A stretch of DNA of 63,210 nt, filler included, from Conidiobolus incongruus B7586 (GCA_000697335.1; 16 parts of 16 records of this genome joined end to end with filler, not necessarily neighbours in it), one strand, 5' to 3'. Numbered from the whole stretch's first letter, positions 41,381 through 54,777 are shown. Notes: generated from the sequence alone by a model not told the origin. Translations and numbers: made by a program.

Positions 41381-44300
41381 TATTAATAGCTATTTCTATA
41401 AATTCTTATTGATATACTTTTATATAATTCAATTAAATATAAATTATATGGTTAATTTATATTTTTACACCTAAATTAATTTTATAAATAGAATTGAACT
41501 ATTTAATAAACTAAGTTCTTTTTTTTTCTTCTTAATTCTTACTATACCCTATCTTTTACATTATTTTTAAGATTGAGACTATATTCTATCAATATTATAG
41601 CTTATTGGTGCTACCTAATATAAACTTAATATATCAATAACTCATCTTAATTTGAAGCTCAATTAAACTTTATCTATACTTACACATTATAACCATATTA
41701 TATTACTATGTTTTATACCATATTATATTTATATTAAGTCTTTCTCTATATTATATTAGTATTTTACTTTTATACTTATAAAGTAACAATAATAATATTA
41801 CTAAAAACCTATTTGAAATATAATAATTATTTGTATCAAATATATTTTTTACTAGTTTAAATCTTATCTATAACTTATTTTATTTAGATTTAACATTATA
41901 TACTATAATACTACTAAAATAAAATACCATTATATTATTTTAATGATGATAGCAATTTAATTACTAAGTAAATCTAAGACTTTAGTCTTTAAAAGCTTAA
42001 TACCCTGTAAAAAACTTATATTATATAACTTTTGATTGCAAAAACATGAATTAAAGTGTTTAAATAAAATAAACTAGTTATTTTATTATAGTTAATATAT
42101 TAAACCACCTCCTTAGTATCTTTAAATATAAATTAACTATTTATAATACTTTTAAAAACCTTCACAAGCTTAAAAAAACCTAATAATATAAAGAATTATC
42201 TTGATTTAATCTCTAATAAAGATTTAAAGAATATCTTTAAATTACTCATTTTTTTCTTTGAAAAATCTACTTATACTTGGTAGTTAACTTATTACAAATT
42301 TAATCCTAAAGAATCTTTAAAAGGATAATTTATTATAAACATATAAACTTTTAAATAATTGGAAAAAACATAAAAAAATGTTTTACTTACAAAATCAAGT
42401 TTGATTAATAATTGAAAAACTTTCTTAACTTAAATAAAAAAACTTTTACAAGATAATTCAATAACAAATTTAATAAGATATTCTTAAATATATTAAATAT
42501 CACTAAAGAAAAATAAATCTACAAACTATTATAATGACTTAATCTTTTAGTGAAGTTTTAGTTAGTTAATAAAAAACACTTTGATAATATGTTTTTTTCT
42601 GACATTTGTGATACTATAATCATAATTAATTATATCTTTTAGTTTATAACTAGATCTATTTATCTTAAGAATTAATCCTTTAAAACTTATTTTAACTTAC
42701 TTAAATCTCAAATGATAATTTTTTTTGCTTTAAAGCTTTATAAGAAAACCTATAGTAAAGAAGTTAAAGCTTATTTGAAAGTAAATAAAAATTGTTATTA
42801 TGGTTGAAAAACTTAAGTTAACTATAATACTGATAAATATCCCTTAAAAAAATATTTGTTTAATTCTCAAAAATTTTAATTTAAAAAATATTAATTAAAC
42901 TTGAATAATATTAATATAGCTTTAAAATCACCCTTTTCATAATTAGTTAACAAATTCTAATAGAATAATAATTCCACAAAATAAACTATATATACTAGGA
43001 TATTTAATTAATTCAACCATTAGAAACTAGAAGTACTTAAGTAATTAATTTATCTTGTGATTTTTTACCTTTAACTATCACCTTATTATTTATATTAATT
43101 AGTTTTTTTATAGATATATCTATTAGTCTTTTAATTAACTTTAATTTTTTTAACAATATTATCTCCTCTTTTATTAATTTAAAACTATCTTTACCTATTT
43201 AAAAAAGCAACTTAATAATTAAATATGCTAATAATTTAATAGAATAAGCATCTAATACTATATTTAAATATTTATTACTGCCTTTTAAATATTCCCAATA
43301 TATTAAATTTTTAGTTGGTAACATTAGTTATAATTTTTTATCAAATTAAAATTAGTTTAAATATTATATTTTTATATTTATAAATATTATCTTAAAAAGT
43401 TCTAAATTTACTTCTTTTATATTCTAAAAATAATTAGTGGAAATAATCTTAAAAAATTTATATTACCCTACTATAGAACTATTAAATACTTTATTTAATA
43501 TTAACTCTACATTTGTAGCAAATAATTTTATTATTATAAGCAAAAATTAATATAAAAAATTAATTAAAAACCTTAATAATTTATAAAGATATATATCTGT
43601 TTATTATTTATCTATTAGTACTTCATTTGTTAATTTCGATTAAATTATTTTTAATGACCATTTTTTATATAGTATAGTGAGTTAATTTACTAATGTTTTT
43701 AAACTTATGGATAAATTACACTATAAATATAATATTTAATATAAAATTTAACTACTACTTAGTATATAGTTATTTTTAAAGTTTATTTACTCTTTATCTT
43801 TTAAACAATATTTTACTTTAAAAGATAAAATCTAAAAACTACTTAAAAATAAATATATTAAACCTTTTTCTTCATTATATAAATTTTTAATTGTTTTTAT
43901 ATAAAAGGTTAATGGTAGTTAAAAACTATATATTAATAACTGTGTTTTAAATCTTAAATTTATTAATAATAAAACTTTATTATTAAACTTATATTATATT
44001 AGGAATAAAATACTTAAATCAATTATATTAACCAAATTAAATATTAAGAATAAATATTATAACATTAAAGTTGATGAAAATTCTATCCTTTTAACTATTT
44101 TCAATACTTTTTTAAGTTACTATAAATTTATTATTATGAACTTTAAATTGTAAAATATCTCTATAACTTTCATTATATTTATCAATTCCCTTTTTAATCT
44201 TATTTTTAATAACTTTATTATCACTTACTTTAATAATATCTTAATCTATTTAAAAACAAAAGAATAATATAACTAATATGTTAATTAAGTTTTAAAAATT

Positions 44301-47300
44301 ATTCAAGAATATAAATTACCTTTGAAACTATCAATATATTTTTTCAATGCCTTTTTTATCTCTTTTTATAGTTATATTATTTCTTCTTAATAAATTAACA
44401 TTAATTTAACTAAACTAAATAATGTTAAAGCTTTTACTATACTAATAAACAAAGATTAAAATATATTTGATTTTAAAATATAAAATTACTTTAAAGATTT
44501 CATTGATTTGTTTGTTAAACTTACAAATTCTCCTATTAATCTCTTAAGAAAAAACTCTCATTTTAAATAAACCATATTATATACTTTTTATATGAATTCT
44601 TTAATTTTTTATATTACCAATGTTTTTGCATTATTTAATTTAGATTTAAAACTACTAACCATTATTTTTACTAACTTTAATTTTTTTGTATTAGTAAATA
44701 GTTAGCTTAGCTTGATTTTAATTTATATTCTATCTTTTAACTATAAGATAAAATAATAAATAAGGGAGAATAGGTTAAATTTAACTTTGTAAATATTACC
44801 TTAAACTAATAACATTCTAGTTAAAAAAAATAAAACTAGCTGAATTAAAATACCTAGTTTATAAATAAAAACACTTTAATTTAGTAGAAATAATTAAATA
44901 ACACTCATATTTCTTATCTTATAACTTCTTCTTAATATTTATAAATCATAAATCACTTATTTATTTTAATAATTAGAAGTATTTATTAAGAAAACAAGTT
45001 AAATAAATTAACATTATTTAAGCTTATACTTTTTTTATTTAATATCTCTTAGGTTGATAAAATTATGTTATAGATACTTTGTTAAAAGATCTTATATATG
45101 TATTTTTTTATTCAAATTACAAAAACTTAGTAAATATTAACTTAATGATTATTAATGAAGAAAATAAAGAATTTATTAAATTATTCTAAGAAACACTATT
45201 AAATAATAATTTCTTTATCTTAATTAAAGAAGAACTCTTTAAAATATTAAAAATTAATTAAAATACATCAAAAAATTTAAAATTATTAATAACCTACTAT
45301 ATTATAATGATTATTTATATGTCCTTAATATTCTTAAGACTTAATAAATAATTTTTAATAAATGCTATAACTAACATATTAAAAAATATTAAAACTAGTT
45401 AAAGATTGTTAAGAGAATTAAAATCAGGTATTATTAACCTTTCTTAATTAAATTAATTTAGAAATATACTAATACTTGTGATATATATTAAAGAATTAAA
45501 TACACTAACTTATAATAATAAGTTATATAATCAAAACATTATATTTTTATTAATAACTTAATTAATATTTAATAAAATAAACTAAAATTAAAAAATTAAA
45601 ATCTATTATTTTATTAATAATATATATCATTAAATAATTATAATTAACTTTTAATTTGTTAAAATATAAACTTTTAAATTTTATCTAAAGTAAATTATAA
45701 ACTTATAGATTTTTAGTGATAAAAAAATTAAAACTTAGTGTATCTACCTTTAGCTTTTTAACTTCTTTAAGTTTATCAAATATTAAATCAATTAACTTCT
45801 TATATTAAAAAAGTTTAATCTTGTTTTATATTTTTTAAATATATTCTTAAAGTTAATTTTAATCTTTTGTTGAAGGAAAAGCTTTAATAACTTTTTCTAA
45901 TTAATCTTAAAAGTGTTCAAATAAGTTAAAGTTAAGTAATTGAAGAAGCTACTTTATAATTATTATCTTATTATTTTTAAGCTTTTTAATAGTAAAAGTT
46001 ATAGTATAATAAAAAGTATTATTTTACTAGAAAATAATATTAGATTTATTTAACCTATATTATTCAATAGTTTTTTTGATTTATTATATAAATATTTTAG
46101 TATATTTTAAAATTATTTCTATTATTCACTTTATAAATATATTTTATATTAAGAGATATCATATATCTTTAAATAATAATTAACCTATTATTATACTTTT
46201 AGGTAAAATTAACATAATAGTTATAAATTGGTTATATATTTTTTTAAAGTATTTAGCTTTTTTATTAAATTTTCTAAGATATATTTTTGTTTCATTAGAT
46301 TCAATAACCTTACTCAAATTAATTTTAATTTAATATTAGTAGTGACATTTAAACTCCCACTTAATTTTACAATAAAAATTTTTTAGTTAAGGGTGTTTTT
46401 TCTTAAAATATAAGTGGTATCTATGTTAACATAAAATATATATAATAGTATTAGTATTAACTATTATTCTTGTATAGTTTTATAATTCTTGTTATACCTC
46501 TATAGCAATATTACACTTATCTGTATTAACTAATCTATAAATATACTTTTTATCATACTTATCTATTATTTTAACATGCTTAAGTTTTAGTTTAAGTGTT
46601 TTTTTAACTTTGTTCTTAATAACTCTAACTATAGTAGATTAGCTAACACTAGTAATTCTAGCAATCTCACAAGTTGATTTATTTTTATTATGAAATTAAT
46701 TAATACATAAATAAACTTTTTTAGACAGAGATTTAAGCATTATAATATTAATTTTAAAATATTAGCTTAATAATTTTATAATATATATAATATAACAAAA
46801 GAAAAAGAGGATATATTTAAGTTTTGATATTTATATCACTTTAACTTATAAACCCACAAATTTATAACTCATCTTGGTTAAATTTAAGGTTTTGATATAT
46901 TAACCAATATCTAATGTAATATAATCAAATATATTTAGTTATAATCAATTAATATTTGTAAATTATATATTTTAATTTAAATTTATTTAATTTGTAATAA
47001 TTTAAGATATAAGTATATATTTAAGTAATTTTGATTTTATAAATTATTTTTGCAAGCTAGTGTGTTATATCCAATTAAAATATAATAAACTTATCCCCTT
47101 ATAATCACTTAATAAAACTTAATAATAAATTCAACTTGATTTCATAAAAATTTCTAAATCAACAAATAGTTATGATAACTAACTAATTTTAACTAATTCA
47201 TTTTTTAAAAATATTTATTTTATTCCTTCTTTCAGAACTTTTATAGTTAAAAATATTACACAATTGTTATTTTCTAATATCTTTACCCTTTATAGAATTC

Positions 47301-47501
47301 TACAAACTATTTTATCTGATAAAAAAACACAATTCAGCTTTTAATTCTAGAAGTTTTTATTCTTTTCCCTTAAGATTAATTTAGCTATGTTTATTAATAA
47401 TCATAACCAAACTAATAAATTTGCTGAAGAAAATATCAAAAACTTAAAGCAAATGATTAAAGATTATATTAATATTAATTAGTTAAATTAAGATACTTAT
47501 A
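41381..47501 (+). mobile_element. Ty3 family-1 copy 4: 5' LTR (~41381-41780), gag-pol into integrase; interrupted by Tc1 at 45503-47062 and cut by Tc1 at 47502
   Basis: Reverse-complement collinear with 4766-9336; YFNN (YLDD) at 44226-44237; the sequence resumes exactly after the 45503 insertion. Confidence 0.9.
45503..47062 (-). mobile_element. Full-length Tc1 with an A1-type 3' end and an A2-type 5' end
   Basis: TA|CACTAACTT...GCAAGCTAGTG; keeps the transposase ATG (cat at 46738-46740). Confidence 0.88.
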
Positions 47502-49037
47502 CACTAACCTGCAAAAGTAAGTCATAAAATCAAAAACACCTATATTTTTACTAATAACTTGATTAATATTTAATAAAATAAACCTAAATTAAATAATTAA
47601 AATCCATTATATTTATTAGTTATATATATCATTAAATAATGATATTTAGCTATTAATTGGCTAAAATATAAACCCTTAAATTTTACCTAAGGTGAGTTAT
47701 AAATTTGTAGGTTTTTGGTGATAAAAAAAAATTAAAACCTAGTGTATCTACCTTTAACTTTTCTAACTTCTTTAAGTTTGTAGGGTATAGAATCAACTAA
47801 CTTCTTACACTAGGAAAGGTTAATCTTGTTCTATGTTTCTTAAACATATTTCTAAAGTTGATCTAAATTTTTTGCTGGGGGGAAAGTATTAATAGCTTTT
47901 TTTAACTGATCCCAAAGGTATTTAATTAGATTAAAGTTAGGAGATTAAAGAAGCCACTTCATAACTGTTATCTTGTTATTTTTAAGCTATTTGGTAGTAG
48001 AAGCTGTAGTATAGCAAGAGGTATTATCTTACTGGAAAATAACATTAGATTTGTTTAACCTATACTATTCAATGGTTTTTTTCAATTCATTGTTTAGAAT
48101 ACTTTGGTACATCTCAGTATTAATTTCCCTATTAACTTTACAAAGATACCTTACACCTAAAGACAACATATATCCCTAAACAATAATTAACCCACCACTA
48201 TACTTTTGGGTAGAATTAACATAATGGTTATAAAGTAGTTTTATATCTTTTCTGAAGTATCTAGCTTTTCTATTAGATCTACTAAGGTATATTTTTGTTT
48301 CATTAGACTAAATAACTTTACTCTAATTAATTTCAGTTTAATATTAGTGGTGACATTTAAACTGCCACCTAGCTTTATAGTGGGATTTCTTTAGTTGGAG
48401 GTGTTTTTTCTTAAGGTGTAAGTGGTATCCATGCTAATATAAAGTATGTATAATAGTATCAATGCTAACTAATATTCTTGTATAGTCTTATAGTTCCTGC
48501 TGTATTTCTACAGCAGTACTACACTTGCCTGTACTAACTAACCTACAGATATACTTCTTATCATGTTCATCTATGATCTTAACATGCTTAAGTTTAGGTT
48601 TAAATGTTTCTTTATTGCTATTCTTAACAGCTTTAGCTATAGTAAATTAACTAACACTAGTAATTCTAGCAATATCATGAGTTGATTTACCTTCTTTATA
48701 AAGTTGATTCATGCACAAGTAGATTTTTTTAGAGAGGGATTTAGGTATAATAATACTAATAAAAAGAATTTAGTATATTTGTAAATTATTATATAAAATA
48801 ATAGCAAAGAGAGAAAAAAGATATGGTTATATATTGTTAAATATATCCCCTTATCTCAAAAACCTGCAAATTTATGACTCACCTTGGTTAAATATTAAGG
48901 GTTAATATTTTTGCTAATAGTTTACTAAATATATCTAAATATATTTATCTATTATTAAATAATATACCTTAATTATATATTATACTTTCAAGTAATTGAA
49001 TATATACAATTGTTTTAGTTATTAATTAAAATATATA
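47502..49037 (-). mobile_element. Tc1 A1 element, best-preserved near-complete copy
   Basis: TA|CACTAACCTGCAAAAG terminus; inner repeats at ~47689-47717 and ~48857-48885; last ~35 bp lie in a gap. Confidence 0.95.
47732..48748 (-). pseudogene. Tc1 DD34E transposase pseudogene (339 codons, no frameshift, ~16 in-frame stops)
   Basis: KVI*SNETK (WSDETK), KYSGGLIIV*GY (KYGGGSIIVWGC), IFQ*DNTSCYT (FQQDN), KWLL*SPNFNLIKYLW (WPPQSPDLNPIEHLW), KGRYTRF*; 34 residues separate the second D from the E. Confidence 0.93.
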
Positions 49038-49137
49038 NNNNNNNNNNNNNNNNNNNNNNNNNNNNNNNNNNNNNNNNNNNNTTAATTAATTAANNNNNNN
49101 NNNNNNNNNNNNNNNNNNNNNNNNNNNNNNNNNNNNN

Positions 49138-51067
49138 ATAGAAATTTTCTTTTTTATAAACTAGTTTTTTATTATATCATACAATTATAACTATATGAGT
49201 GATAATTTAAATAATAAATTAGATATAGTTGGTTTTTTAGTTATTTTTAATTAGAAAGTTTTTTTTAACTTTAATTTATATATTAATCTATAAAAATAAG
49301 TCATAAAATCAAAAATATATATTTTTTAATTAATAACCAAAACAATTATATATATTAGATTACTTAAAACTATAATATATAAATAAGATATATTATTTAA
49401 TAATAAATAAATATATATAGATAATTTAGTAAACTATTAGCAAAAATATTAACCCTTAATATTTAACTAAGGTGAGTTATAAATTTACATGTTTTTAAGA
49501 TAAGGGGATATATTTAACAATTTATAACTATATCCTTTTTCTCTCTTTGCTATTATTTTATATAATATTTTAGAGATATATTAAATTTTATTATTAGTAT
49601 TACTATACCTAAATCCCTCTCTAAAAAAATCTATTTGTATATTAATCAACTTTATAAAGAAGGTAAATCAACTTATAATATTACTAGAATTACTAGTGTT
49701 AGCTAGTCTACTATAGTTAATGTTATTAAGAATAACAATAAAAAAACATTTAAACTTAACCTTAAATATATTAAAATCATAAATAAATATGATAAGAAGT
49801 ATATTTATAGGTTAGTTAATATAGGTAAGTGTGGTATTATTGTAGAAGTATAACAGGAACTATAAGACTATATAAGAATATTAGTTAGCATTAATACTAT
49901 TATATGTGCTTTACATTAGCATAGATACCACTTACACCTTAAGAAAAAACACCCCCAACTAAAAAAATCCCATTATAAAGCTAAGTGGGAGTTTAAATAT
50001 CATCACTAATATTAAACCAAAATTAATTAAAATAAGGTTATTTAATTTAATAAAACAAAAATATATTTTAGTAGATTTGATAAAAAAGCTAGATATTTTA
50101 GAAAAGATACAAAATTATTTTATGACCATTATGTTAATTTTACCCAAAAGTACAATAATAGGTTAATTTTTATTTAGGGTTGTATATTGTTATTAGATAT
50201 AAGATATCTTTATAAAGTTAATGGGGGAATTAATACTAAAATATACTTAAGTATTCTAAACAATAAATTGAAAAAAACCATTAAATAGTATAGGTTAAAC
50301 AAATCTGATATTATTTTCTAGTAAGATAATACCTTTTGCTATATTATAGCTTCTATTATTAAATAGCTTAAAAATAACAAAATAATAGTTTTGAAGTAGT
50401 TTTCTCAATCTCCTAACCTTAATCTAATTAAATACCTTTAGGATTAGTTAAAAAAGCTATTAAAGTTTTCCTCCTAGCAAAAGATTTAAATCAACTTTAG
50501 GAATATATTCAAGAAGTATAAAACAAGATTAACCCTTTTTAGTGTAAGAAGTTAGTTGATTCTATACCCCACAAACTTAAAGAAGTTAGAAAAGCTAAAG
50601 ATAGATATACTAGGTTTTAATTTTTTTTATCACCAAAAACCTACAAATTTATAACTCACCTTAGGTATAATTTAAAGGTTTGTATTTTAACCAATTAATA
50701 GCTAAATATCATCATTTAATAATATATATAATTAATATATAAAATAGATTTTAATTATTTAATTTAGGTTTATTTCATTAAATATTAATCAAGTTATTAA
50801 TAAAAATATAAGTGTTTTTGATTTTATAACTCACTTTTGCAAGTTAGTGTATATTTTATAATTATTATATAAAATAAATAGGTTTTTTTAATTAATATTA
50901 ATAATACCAATTAAAAATAAATTTATTTTAAAAAAAAATATAAAGTTTACTATTAATTAATCATTTTTTAAATATTAAATAAAAAAAAACAAATTTTATT
51001 ATAATCTATTATAATAATTAATATTAATTTATTAATATAATATTTTTTGAAAAAAAATTAATAAAAA
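49138..51067 (-). mobile_element. Decayed mariner fragment split by the Tc1 at 49281-50849
   Basis: The flanks join as ...ACTTTAATTTA-TA-TATTTTATAATTATTAT..., matching mariner 40418-40450. Confidence 0.78.
49281..50849 (+). mobile_element. Full-length Tc1 A1 (1569 bp) with TA target duplication
   Basis: TA|TATTAATCTATAAAAATAAGTCATAAAATC...CTCACTTTTGCAAGTTAGTG|TA. Confidence 0.93.
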
Positions 51068-51215
51068 NNNNNNNNNNNNNNNNNNNNNNNNNNNNNNNNN
51101 NNNNNNNNNNNTTAATTAATTAANNNNNNNNNNNNNNNNNNNNNNNNNNNNNNNNNNNNNNNNNNNNTAATAATAAAAAGATTAATTAAATTATTTATTT
51201 ATATTATAAATTATA

Positions 51216-52787
51216 TATTAACCCACAAAAATAAGTTATAAAATCAAAAACTCTTATATTTTTACTAATAACTTAATTAATATTTAATAAAATAAACCTA
51301 AATTAAATAATTAAAATCTATTATATTTATTATTTATATATATCATTAAACAATGATATTTAACTATTAATTGGTTAAAATATAAATTTTTAATTTTTAC
51401 CTAAGGTAAGTTATAAATTTATAGGTTTTTAGTGATAAAAAAAATTAAAACCTAATGTATCTACCTTTAGCTTTTCTAACTTCTTTAAGTTTGTAAAATA
51501 TAGAATCAATTAACTTTTTACATTAAAAAAGGTTAATTTTGTTTTATATTTCTTGAACATATTCCTAAAGTTGATTTAAATCTTTTGCTAAAGGGAAAAC
51601 TTTAATAGTTTTTTTAACTAATTTTAATAGTATTCAATTAAATTAAAATTAAAAGATTAAAAAAAACTATTTTATAACTATTATTTTGTTATTTTTAAGC
51701 TATTTGGTAATAAAAGTTATAGTATAACAAAAAGCATTATCTTACTAGAAAATAATATCAAGTTTATTTAACTTATATTATTTAATAGTTTTTTTTAATT
51801 TATTATTTAAAATACTTTGGTATATTTTAATATTAATTCCCCTATTAACTTTATAAAGATATTTTACACTTAAAGACAATATATATTCTTAAATAAAAAT
51901 TAATTTATTATTTTACTTTTGGGTAAAATTAACATGATAGTTATAAAGTAATTTTATATTTTTTCTAAAGTATTTAACTTTTTTATTAAATTTACTAAAA
52001 TATATTTTTATTTTATTAAATTAAATAACCTTACTCTAATTTGTTTTAGTTTAATATTAATAATAATATTTAAACTTTTGCCTAGTTTTATAATAAGATT
52101 TCTTTAGTTAAAGGTGTTTTTTCTTAAAATGTAAGTGGTATCTATGCTAATATAAAATATATATAATAGTATCAATACTAATTAATATTCTTGTATAGTT
52201 TTATAGTTCCTACTATATTTTTACAATAGTATTACACTTACTTGTATTAACTAACCTATAAATATACTTCTTATCATGTTTATCTATAATTTTAGTATAT
52301 TTAAGTTTAAGTTTAAATGTTTTTTTATTGTTATTCTTAATAGCTTTAACTATATTAAACTAACTAACACTAATAATTCTAGTAATATTATAAGTTGATT
52401 TATCTTTTTTATAAAGTTGATTAATGTACAAATAGATTTTTTTAAAGAGGGATTTAAATATAATGATACTAATAAATAGAATTTAGTATATTTATAAAAT
52501 ATTATAAAAAATAATAGCAAAGAGAGAAAAAAGATATAGTTATATATTGTTAAATATATCCCTTTATCTTGAAAACCCACAAATTTATAAATTACCTTGG
52601 TTAAATATTAAGGGTTAATATTTTTGCTAATAGTTTACTAAATATATCTAAATATGTTTATTTATTATTAAATAATATATCTTAATTATATATTATAGTT
52701 TTAAATAATCTAGTATATATAATTGTTTTAGTTATTAATTAAAAAGTATATATTTTTGATTTTATAACTTATTTTTATAAGTTAGTA
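51216..52787 (-). mobile_element. Full-length Tc1 A1 copy
   Basis: TA|TATTAACCCACAAAAATAAG...TATAAGTTAGTA|TA; collinear with 47502-49037. Confidence 0.92.
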
Positions 52788-52994
52788 TATTATAAATAAA
52801 AAATATATATTAATTATATAGTTTAATATAAGTTTATTTATATTAAAACTAATTTATANNNNNNNNNNNNNNNNNNNNNNNNNNNNNNNNNNNNNNNNNN
52901 NNTTAATTAATTAANNNNNNNNNNNNNNNNNNNNNNNNNNNNNNNNNNNNNNNNNNNNATTTTCTTTTTATAGCTAAAATAGTAATAATAATAG

Positions 52995-53384
52995 TAATAG
53001 TAATAATAATAATAATATTACCAATATAATGTAAAAAAAAACTTAATATAAAAATAATATAATATAAAATATAATAATATAATATTGAAATTTAAATAAA
53101 GGTTAATTAAATTTTAAATATAAAAAGTCAATAATATATTAGGATTTATATTAGTTAATGATAATATATTATGATATTAATAAAATATACTTTTAAGCTA
53201 AGAAATAATGGAAAAAAAATAATAATAAAAATTAAATAGAAAAAAAAAGACCAAGTTTATTAGATAATTCAATATTATTTATATAATTAATTTAATTATA
53301 AAAATATAAATTAATTATATAATTTATAATTAGTTGAATTATATAGAAATATATATAAGAATTTAAAGAATTAATATCTTAATA
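52995..53384 (-). repeat. Highly decayed family-1 LTR, probably solo; left end approximate
   Basis: Collinear with 250-632 (e.g. ATATATTAGGATTTATATTAG, AGTTTATTAGATAATT, TCTTAATA end); no internal region on its right. Confidence 0.75.
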
Positions 53385-53756
53385 CCCTCAAAATTAATTA
53401 TAAATAAGATATATTATTATATTATTTTATTAAGATTATTATTTATTTATTAATAAAATACTTATATAAATTAATTTTTAAAAGAAGATTGATAGAATTT
53501 AATTAAATGCCTTGAATTATAATTTAAAAATACTTTAATATTTATTTTGAATAAATATTAATATATTGGTCGAATATATATTATAAATTTATGCTTATAT
53601 ATATATATATATTATTTAATATTTTATAATTTAAAATGGTAAATTGAATTCATGCAAAATAAACTAAATGGGATTTGAAAATTAGATAAATGAATAAAAA
53701 ATGATTTTGAAATATTAAATTATGAACATATAATGAAAAAAAGAGATCTTTATTTA

Positions 53757-53828
53757 AGGGCGCAGTCGGATTTGAACCAACGACCTATCGATCTGCAGTC
53801 GATTGCTCTACCACTGAGCTATACGCCC
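53757..53828 (-). tRNA. tRNA-Cys(GCA)
   Basis: GGGCGTA-TA-GCTC-AGTGGTA-GAGC-A-ATCGA-CTGCAGA-TCGAT-AGGTC-GTTGG-TTCAAAT-CCGAC-TGCGCCC-T; complete cloverleaf, U73 discriminator and downstream oligo-T. Confidence 0.97.
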
Positions 53829-54642
53829 TTTAAGCGTTTGAGATAATTGCTTAGAAGTTATTGATGAACTTTTATCATCAATTCAATTAAGCATAGTCAT
53901 TGGTCATTGTATTTACTATTTAAACCCTTTACAATTGTTTAAATCATATCTTTTAACACTGGTTAATTGCATTACATATAAATTTTGAATTTTTTTTAAT
54001 TATCTATAATATTACAATATTTCCAGAACATCATTATTCTTGACTTGAGATAATACAAAAAATCTTCACCATTATAATTAATATTAATCAATTTTCATTA
54101 ATTGAAAAGTATATTTTAAGCATATTAATGGATTTTAAATCATATTCACAATAGTCTATATTTTCTTCATATTTTTAATATTAAACAATTTAAACTATCA
54201 CTAGTTACATTCAGTTATTTCTATGCTTATCTAATTACACGAAAAAATTCAAAATTATATTAATTATTATAAAATTGATTTAATTATTTTACATTTGATA
54301 TTATGTAATTGTTGTTATTTATTTTAAAACTAGAATATTTTGATAATTTGTTTTAAAAATATAAATTGAAATATCTATCAAAATATGGTTGTTTATCCAC
54401 GATTATATTTAATATTCAGACCATAATCTATCTATTAATTATCAATAAATAATTTCAGGTAAGTAAATATCAAAATAACTGTTTTTGAATTGAATGAATT
54501 GAGCCATAATTCAATTTTCCTGGTTTAATGATTAATGAGACAATATTTAAATTTCTCAATTTACAAATCAATAATTTCAAAAAAAATTCTGGTGAAACAT
54601 TTGAGCATTACTAGTAAATCAGTCCCTTTTCATATTAATAAC

Positions 54643-54705
54643 GAACCAATCACATAGTACCAAATCAACCAATAATCTCTAAACCCATAATATCAAGTCA
54701 CGTCA
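54643..54705. promoter_or_regulatory. Candidate SWP1 promoter elements: two CCAAT boxes and a UPRE/CRE-like TGACGTGA (minus strand, 54698-54705)
   Basis: Motif matches 70-135 bp upstream of ATG 54778; motif match only. Confidence 0.4.
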
Positions 54706-54777
54706 ACAATAATTCAAACTTATATTGGATTCAAGTCTTAAAAATTAATAGTAATACATTAAAAAAAGTTATTGAAA

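Noticed and set aside
47502..47506. CACTA termini suggesting a CACTA/EnSpm element
   Set aside because: TA target duplication, ~1.57-kb length and a DD34E transposase identify it as Tc1.
47732..48748. Alternative genetic code or stop readthrough to explain in-frame TAA/TAG
   Set aside because: Stop positions differ between copies (e.g. WGC is intact near 62445), catalytic residues are also mutated, and host genes use the standard code.
52350..52580. 76-aa hydrophobic ORF
   Set aside because: Shadow frame of the Tc1 5' region; composition is driven by AT content.
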